Positions 58,188 through 64,000 of a stretch of DNA of 64,000 nucleotides are shown here, in pieces. The position numbers and the translations under genes were made by a program. The first letter of the stretch is position 1. Every line of letters begins with the position of its first letter. The notes below the pieces were generated by a model that was not told where the DNA came from, made no database searches, and worked only from the letters and a program-made list of their open reading frames with translations. The stretch is from sequence record NC_071039.1; one strand, written 5' to 3'.

Positions 58188-59218
58188 TTAGAATACCGGA
58201 AGAAATTTTTGTAGGAACTAGAATTCCCAATACATCAGGAACACAAAAAACTAACCAAATTCCTGCAGGTGGAATGTGTCCTTACGAAAAAACAAGACAC
58301 CAGAAAATGGAGTCTATAAATAGATATTATAAAAATAGCACTACTGTATACGCAAACCAGCCCTTGCCGGGATTTACTATAATTAAATCATCAACTTGGC
58401 GAGGAAATACTAGTCTGTGGACTGTATGTGATCCTAGAGGATTTACAATAGAGATAAGCTCAAACAACATTACTTCTATTCTAAGTTGTGGCAGCATCTC
58501 AGAAGGATTAATCCAAGACAAATGTGTGTGGGGATATGATTCTGGCGAAAACGTGTTAATACCAGAATCGTCTAGTCTATATAAATCTGCCAGAGAAAAT
58601 ACTAAACTATTAGAGTCGAAAATTAAATTATCCGAAGTTCCTATAGGATCTTGGGTGAAATTAAAATCTAAAGTAGAGTGCGTATATCTAGGATCATTTA
58701 ATTTTATAGAACTTTGCGGACAATATTATTATCAAACTAAGAGTCATTCATATGAATTACTATCTACTGCAAAGAAAAAATTGCTCTTTGCAAAAATAGA
58801 TAATATTAATAATACATTAACATATTTTATAGAATCTACAAATAAGATTGCAACTGTAGGTAATGTATTAGATGAGTTTAGTGACAAAGATGTAAATAGG
58901 GATAATTTTAATAAAATTGCATCAGATCAATACACTAAACTAGACAAATACGATTGCATTGTGCCTTTTAATATCTTTGGTGCATTTAACAAAAAAGTAG
59001 AAATAGAAAATGTAAATGTATCTAGTGATATAGACGAACATGCATATTCTATAAAAATAATGTACCACGTAATGGGACATTTTACACTTGGTAGACGCAA
59101 TTATAATTATTATATATTTGTACCGGATGGCACGCATAAGTTATCTATAGAATGGAATTCTAGAAATTCATTGCCGAGTACAACAGAACACGGATATTTG
59201 AATATTAAATTTAAATAA
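58184..59218 (+). CDS. Conserved phage hypothetical protein
   Basis: DPRGF.IEI..N...IL...CVWG motif; 344 aa. Confidence 0.55.
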   Translation: MIRIPEEIFVGTRIPNTSGTQKTNQIPAGGMCPYEKTRHQKMESINRYYKNSTTVYANQPLPGFTIIKSSTWRGNTSLWTVCDPRGFTIEISSNNITSILSCGSISEGLIQDKCVWGYDSGENVLIPESSSLYKSARENTKLLESKIKLSEVPIGSWVKLKSKVECVYLGSFNFIELCGQYYYQTKSHSYELLSTAKKKLLFAKIDNINNTLTYFIESTNKIATVGNVLDEFSDKDVNRDNFNKIASDQYTKLDKYDCIVPFNIFGAFNKKVEIENVNVSSDIDEHAYSIKIMYHVMGHFTLGRRNYNYYIFVPDGTHKLSIEWNSRNSLPSTTEHGYLNIKFK

Positions 59219-59694
59219 TGAACATATTAGATAAAAAATGGAAAATTAGGCTATTAGAATTAACTAAATTAATAGCGTCTTGGTCTAAAGATCCATCTAC
59301 TAAAACGGGTGCATTAATTGTAACTAAAACCGGAGAACCTGTTAGTTTTGGGTTTAATGGGTTTCCGAAGGGAGTAGATGACGACGAATCTCTTTATAAT
59401 AATAGAGAGTTTAAGTTATTAGCGTGCGAGCACGCAGAACGAAATGCAATATATCAAGCCACTGTATCATTAAAAGGATGTGTTTTATATACAACTCATC
59501 ATCCGTGTGCATCTTGTGCAAGGGCTATTATTCAGTCCGGTATAACACATGTTATAATAGACGAATCTATATTAATACAAGACACTGGATATAATGACCG
59601 ATGGACAGAAGAATTAAAAGTATCTAAATGGCTATTTAATCAAGCAAACGTAACAGTATTAACGTCAGGGGATGACAATGAGCACAAACAATAA
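59218..59694 (+). CDS. dCMP deaminase
   Basis: SKDPST..GA, GFNGFP.G, HAE.NAI, PC..CA. Confidence 0.9.
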   Translation: MNILDKKWKIRLLELTKLIASWSKDPSTKTGALIVTKTGEPVSFGFNGFPKGVDDDESLYNNREFKLLACEHAERNAIYQATVSLKGCVLYTTHHPCASCARAIIQSGITHVIIDESILIQDTGYNDRWTEELKVSKWLFNQANVTVLTSGDDNEHKQ

Positions 59695-60079
59695 TTATAC
59701 TAAATTTGTACAGAAACTACTTAGTGAACCGAGTTCTAATTTCGATGCATATATTGATGCACTAAAAAAGCTCAAAGCAAATGGCTGTAAGATAGAAACA
59801 TTAGATACTGCAAGCCAAGGTATGCTAGCAGAATCGGGTGAATTTGGGGAAATTGTTAAGAAACTTAAATATCAAGGAAAAGAATATACAGATGATGTAG
59901 TATATCATCTAAAACGAGAATTAGGCGACGTAATGTTCTATGTTGTTTCGGCTTGTATTGCACTCGATATTTCCCTAGATGAAATAATTGGCATGAACGT
60001 GGAAAAACTAGAGGCACGGTATCCGGGAGGAAAATTTAATGTCTATGAATCCGAAGTTCGGAAAGAATCCGATATATAA
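59678..60079 (+). CDS. MazG-like NTP pyrophosphohydrolase
   Basis: E.GE..E.VKK, ELGDV.FY, N.EKL..RY. Confidence 0.85.
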   Translation: MSTNNNYTKFVQKLLSEPSSNFDAYIDALKKLKANGCKIETLDTASQGMLAESGEFGEIVKKLKYQGKEYTDDVVYHLKRELGDVMFYVVSACIALDISLDEIIGMNVEKLEARYPGGKFNVYESEVRKESDI

Positions 60080-60476
60080 CAATATTTATAAAGATATAAG
60101 TGGTCAAAGAGACGTATCTAGTGATCCATTTAAATTATATAATAATCCGTTAATGACTCATTTTGATGTAGCAGAACACATATGTTTTGTCAAAACAGTA
60201 TGCGGAAGGATTGTACCGTTATGCAATATATTAGAACTTTCTGAAAAAGTTACGGTCGATTGCGACGTAGGAATTGTGGATATAATCTCAGATAACCAAG
60301 CGCAGCTTTATATAAATTGCAAAACACAGGGAGGAACTGCATGGTATGGGGTTGATGTGTCACCCGATAATTATAGAGAATGTTTAGGTGAGGAATTCTA
60401 TTTTCAAAATTATGCTATAGTGAAACATGCAATTATCTTGGCTTGGACAAAATATATGTTGCAACATGCGCAGTAA
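60039..60476 (+). CDS. Hypothetical protein
   Basis: 145-aa ORF; start uncertain. Confidence 0.45.
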   Translation: MSMNPKFGKNPIYNNIYKDISGQRDVSSDPFKLYNNPLMTHFDVAEHICFVKTVCGRIVPLCNILELSEKVTVDCDVGIVDIISDNQAQLYINCKTQGGTAWYGVDVSPDNYRECLGEEFYFQNYAIVKHAIILAWTKYMLQHAQ

Positions 60477-60523
60477 TAATATATTATAAGTACAAATCAA
60501 CATAACTACCGGGTATCAACGCA

Positions 60524-60793
60524 ATGTCTACGAACAGCAACGCAAAGGATGTTAAGTTCGAAATCGACTTCGACGACGTTGAGCAGTTTAATAAATTTGT
60601 TTCTTTTATGAACAGTCAGTTTGGTCATGGTAGAAAAAATTGGTCGGCAGGATCGCCGCGGTATTCTATTAAACGGATTCTCTCGCAGCGTTCTGCCCGG
60701 TTTGTTAGAACTAAAAAGCCGTTTCCGGTTCGTGTGTACAATACCGACATGGATGCTGAACATATTCTTGTTCTAATAAAACTTTGTTTATAA
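60524..60793 (+). CDS. Hypothetical protein
   Basis: 89 aa. Confidence 0.5.
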   Translation: MSTNSNAKDVKFEIDFDDVEQFNKFVSFMNSQFGHGRKNWSAGSPRYSIKRILSQRSARFVRTKKPFPVRVYNTDMDAEHILVLIKLCL

Positions 60794-60807
60794 TAAAAGG
60801 TAAAGGA

Positions 60808-61068
60808 ATGAAAGTATTAGTCACGGAAGACTCAACAATAATACCACTAAACACAATTGCCGAAGTTAAGTACCAGAAATCCACAGAAGAGTATGTAGTT
60901 TCTTTTATATCTGGAAAAATTAGAATAGAAATTCTAACAAAATATGGGCGTACTCATATAGTAAATTTAAGGGATCAATCAAATATAGATGCATCATTTG
61001 CTACTGCTAGTGATGAAATTATTTATAAAAAATTTCTAGATTCGTGGATTTTGTCACTGAAACCTTAG
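60808..61068 (+). CDS. Hypothetical protein
   Basis: ATG after AAGG. Confidence 0.5.
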   Translation: MKVLVTEDSTIIPLNTIAEVKYQKSTEEYVVSFISGKIRIEILTKYGRTHIVNLRDQSNIDASFATASDEIIYKKFLDSWILSLKP

Positions 61069-61088
61069 GCAACTTTTTGAAAAGAAAG

Positions 61089-61301
61089 ATGCTAAAAATT
61101 ACAATTAAATCTGATTATAATAATACAAGAAAAATTAGAAAATGGTTATTTACTGAATTTAGAAATGATATAGGGTGGCACGACACGTTTAAAGACGGAG
61201 AACGATACGAAGTATTTTATTTTAATTCACCCGAATCTGAAATAATAGCTAGGATAAAATACCCATATATATTTATTAATGGAATATCAGAAAGAACATG
61301 A
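61089..61301 (+). CDS. Small hypothetical protein
   Basis: KWL...GW...FYF; distant WC.EN-family resemblance. Confidence 0.45.
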   Translation: MLKITIKSDYNNTRKIRKWLFTEFRNDIGWHDTFKDGERYEVFYFNSPESEIIARIKYPYIFINGISERT

Positions 61302-61633
61302 AACAATTATATTCCGATTACTTAGTATCTGAAGATAATCCCTTGATGTACATGAGCACTAAACCTGTTTATTATAGTAGATGGTCGCCTGCTTGTAAGG
61401 ATTATTCTAATGACGAAATAGATTCATATAGAAGAAAAATAGATAATATAATAAAAGAAATGCGCCGGACTTCTGAATTTGTTGGAGTAGCTGTAGACGC
61501 CCATGACTTCAAATATATTGCTTTTAAGAATCACGACGATGCTGTGTATTTTACACTAAGTGTTGGGTCTGAATTTACTAGAGTATATGCATGGCGCACT
61601 GGTTTACTTTTTCATATAACGACAAATGACTAA
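61298..61633 (+). CDS. Hypothetical protein
   Basis: IAFKNHDDAVYFTL motif. Confidence 0.5.
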   Translation: MKQLYSDYLVSEDNPLMYMSTKPVYYSRWSPACKDYSNDEIDSYRRKIDNIIKEMRRTSEFVGVAVDAHDFKYIAFKNHDDAVYFTLSVGSEFTRVYAWRTGLLFHITTND

Positions 61634-61928
61634 ACACTGGGACCTATCAAAGTATTCTGTAGATATAGGCGGCGAAGACGGAAATGTATTTTTCCTTGTG
61701 GCAAAAATAAAACGAATAATACAAGAATTATATTCTACAGAAGATTCTATAATTTTTACTAAAATGGCTTGGTTTAAAGATTATGAAGCCATTGGGATCG
61801 ATGCGAAACCGACATACTCAGACATACTAAACAGAATTATAGAACTTACAAATATTACCTACATTAGTACATATAAATTACCACTAGACGACGTACATTA
61901 TACGCTTTATACTACGCATATACTTTAA
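61626..61928 (+). CDS. Hypothetical protein
   Basis: DIGGEDGNVFFL, 100 aa. Confidence 0.5.
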   Translation: MTKHWDLSKYSVDIGGEDGNVFFLVAKIKRIIQELYSTEDSIIFTKMAWFKDYEAIGIDAKPTYSDILNRIIELTNITYISTYKLPLDDVHYTLYTTHIL

Positions 61929-61951
61929 TAACCCGCCGCTGGAGACATGCA

Positions 61952-62452
61952 ATGGCAACTGTGAACCAAAAAAATACTTCTGTAAATGCCCAAAATACCG
62001 ATGCAAATGCAGATCCACTAGCGCACCGCAAGGTAATCGGGGAAAAAGAGAAAAAAGCTATTGCTCGTAAAATGCGAGTATTGCGACTGAAATATTTTTT
62101 CGCCGAATTAAAGGAAAAAATTTGCAGTATTCGTTTTACTAAACATCATCTAATTCATTGGCGAAATACTATGTGGCTCAACGCTGCATTTTTCCTCCGC
62201 GGCTTGATAGGGATTATGACCTTCGGCCTAGTTGAGCTAGAACTAACTGGCAAACCGTCTACTTACCGAGCTGTTTCTGCTGCTGTGCTCCGAGAGAACC
62301 TAGAGCGACAGCTAGCAGAGACAGAAGCATATAAGTCCGGAGAACAAGTCCTAGTAGGTACTAGTAGTTCGGATTCAAAACGGCAAACAGTTGCCGATGC
62401 GAGCGAAGATGAGTTGGACGACTGGCTTAAGCACTTTTCCGGACGCAGCTAA
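61952..62452 (+). CDS. Hypothetical protein, GC-elevated
   Basis: SD GGAG, 166 aa, one hydrophobic segment, terminator after. Confidence 0.55.
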   Translation: MATVNQKNTSVNAQNTDANADPLAHRKVIGEKEKKAIARKMRVLRLKYFFAELKEKICSIRFTKHHLIHWRNTMWLNAAFFLRGLIGIMTFGLVELELTGKPSTYRAVSAAVLRENLERQLAETEAYKSGEQVLVGTSSSDSKRQTVADASEDELDDWLKHFSGRS

Positions 62453-62467
62453 GACCTGCATAGTTGT

Positions 62468-62507
62468 AAAAGGGCACTTGACAAGTGCCCTTTTTTTGCC
62501 ATATAAT
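62468..62507 (+). terminator. Terminator with embedded -35 of next promoter
   Basis: AAAAGGGCACTTG-a-CAAGTGCCCTTTT; TTGACA 62478-62483, 18 bp, TATAAT 62502-62507. Confidence 0.8.
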
Positions 62508-62527
62508 ATAGGAAAAGGAATTTCTAT

Positions 62528-62824
62528 ATGATTAACGGCGATTGGTCTAAATTAACAGATGAAGAATTACAGTCTAGATTGATGAAAGCAAGGGAATATT
62601 TAAATCAAGCACATATGGCTGGCCATCATACCTTAATACACAGTGTAGAAATAACACTGGCACAACTAGAAGAAGAATACGAATACAGGATGACCAAGGC
62701 ACGTAATGAGCAATTAACAAAAGAAAATATGGCAAAAGGTATAGATCCCCTCGCTCCTATTAATTTAGGTAAAGTATCGGGTGACCCAACTGCATTAGAC
62801 CGTATAACAAAAAGGAACAAATAA
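62528..62824 (+). CDS. Conserved hypothetical protein
   Basis: 98 aa, DWSKLTDEELQ.RL. Confidence 0.55.
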   Translation: MINGDWSKLTDEELQSRLMKAREYLNQAHMAGHHTLIHSVEITLAQLEEEYEYRMTKARNEQLTKENMAKGIDPLAPINLGKVSGDPTALDRITKRNK

Positions 62825-63532
62825 ATGTTTGCTGACGTACAAGGGTTTTATTCTTTTAAAAGAAAATTTAAAACACACGTTCTTACTTCTGTATTGAAAG
62901 AAACTGAATGGGAAATTATAATTGGATTCGTTCCTGCAAAGGATGCAAGCAACGGAGAAGATTTAATTGATTTTGAAGTTCAAAAAAATATAATAGATTA
63001 CTGGATTTCTAATTACGTAGAAGGCAGTATTATCGTTGATATGAGCGATACTAGAATTTCTATGTTGTATGATATAGCAGAAAATAACATAATAGGTGTT
63101 CCTAGTTTTCCTAAAGATTTAAAAACGCTAGCAATGGTTTTTCATTCTAAGATTTCATCTATAACAGATGGCAAACTATCTATAGGTGACATTATTATAT
63201 CAGACGATAGTAATTTTAGTTACACATTTGGAAAACATATAGATGAAATATACGATCTTCCTACAATAGACGATATGTTTCCTAATGAAGATGAAAAACC
63301 CATATGGGACGTGCCGTGGTGGGATAGGGTTGATGTAGATACATTTGATTATGTTCCTGATTTAGAAAATCGTACATTAGAAGAAGTACAAATGTCTGTT
63401 TGTACAAGACATGTGTTAAATGATATTAACGATAAATTCGAAGCTGCAATAAAAGAAGAATTGGGAATAAATGTAGAAACTGAAGACAATGTTGTAGACA
63501 TAGTTGATGTTTTAAATGAACGACAAATATAA
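62825..63532 (+). CDS. Conserved hypothetical protein
   Basis: 235 aa, upstream of the DnaE-like N piece. Confidence 0.55.
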   Translation: MFADVQGFYSFKRKFKTHVLTSVLKETEWEIIIGFVPAKDASNGEDLIDFEVQKNIIDYWISNYVEGSIIVDMSDTRISMLYDIAENNIIGVPSFPKDLKTLAMVFHSKISSITDGKLSIGDIIISDDSNFSYTFGKHIDEIYDLPTIDDMFPNEDEKPIWDVPWWDRVDVDTFDYVPDLENRTLEEVQMSVCTRHVLNDINDKFEAAIKEELGINVETEDNVVDIVDVLNERQI

Positions 63533-64000
63533 TAGAAAAGAAATAACTATATCAACAGGCATAAATATCCTTTTGCAAGGGAACCAGCTGGGAGATCCAC
63601 TCTTTGTTGACAACGAAGACATAAACAAGTATAATATGCACGTAGAACAAGTATTAGGGTTGCATAAACTTAATACGACGAAACACTTAACTTGTTCTGT
63701 TGATGAATTTCATGAAAAAATGTCTTCAGAATGGTTTATGCCACCGGAATTTAAAAATATAGATATAGATTCTTTTATATTAAATTTATGTGACACTGAT
63801 GCACAAAAAGAAAGAGTATTAATGGAACTGAAACTCTTTCAAGAACGCGGTTTATACAATATGCTAAGATTTATGATATATTTTGTATCATATATGAGGG
63901 AAAATTGCCTTATCTGGGGTGTGGGTCGCGGGTCTAGTGTTGCATCTTATGTATTATTTTTAATAGGCGTGCATAAAGTAGATTCACTAAAATATAATTT
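63516..64000 (+). CDS. DNA polymerase III alpha (DnaE)-like N-proximal fragment, 3' partial (not in ORF track)
   Basis: Translated by hand: MNDKYNRKEI...RV.MEL.LF...I...MREN..IWGVGRGSSVASYVLFLIGVHKVDSLKYN, matching DnaE GxGRGS...DPL. Confidence 0.8.
   Translation, partial: MNDKYNRKEITISTGINILLQGNQLGDPLFVDNEDINKYNMHVEQVLGLHKLNTTKHLTCSVDEFHEKMSSEWFMPPEFKNIDIDSFILNLCDTDAQKERVLMELKLFQERGLYNMLRFMIYFVSYMRENCLIWGVGRGSSVASYVLFLIGVHKVDSLKYN

Noticed and set aside
1117-62820. Most minus-strand and nested ORFs in the track (e.g. 21877-22326, 33336-33659, 34722-35168, 52434-52787, 54006-54431)
   Set aside because: They are antisense shadows of well-supported plus-strand genes with no SD, promoter or motifs. 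Only 20524-20922, 55881-56252 and 57230-57460 have independent support.
1-64000. Stop-codon reassignment (code 15 or 4)
   Set aside because: Long conserved genes are intact in the standard code, and TAG/TGA end genes cleanly at junctions (e.g. primase TAG 22912 followed by helicase start 22914).
1-64000. CRISPR array, tRNA or rRNA genes
   Set aside because: No spaced direct repeats or cloverleaf/T-loop signatures seen, and intergenic gaps are short. The 34242 exonuclease is Cas4-related but has no cas context. Visual scan only.

Overview
AT-rich (~30% GC by eye), densely coded segment of a large T4-related (jumbo) myovirus using the standard genetic code, almost all on the + strand. It holds head/tail genes (tail-tube-like protein, gp4 head completion, terminase, PAAR spike), a T4-type replication/recombination block (gp32 SSB, UvsX/RecA, UvsY, UvsW, clamp-loader small subunit, primase, gp41 helicase, ligase), nucleotide metabolism (nrdAB, thyA, dCMP deaminase, MazG-like, folE, two queD), and a large host-takeover/proteostasis block (clpX, clpP, clpS, ftsH, YccA-like, hsp20, bS21, SOD). 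Sigma70-type promoters precede early genes and an ATAAATA late-promoter motif precedes virion genes. Strongest observations: (1) recA/uvsX is fractured in its Walker A motif by an atypically split intein (17-aa IntN, 128-aa IntC) with a free-standing Vsr-like endonuclease between the halves; (2) that endonuclease's SD is locked in a hairpin containing a late promoter; (3) a three-hairpin ROSE-like RNA thermometer precedes hsp20; (4) an H-type pseudoknot lies in the SSB leader; (5) a minimal DnaE-like polymerase is split into two genes ~43 kb apart. All assignments come from motif recognition by eye; no database searches were run.
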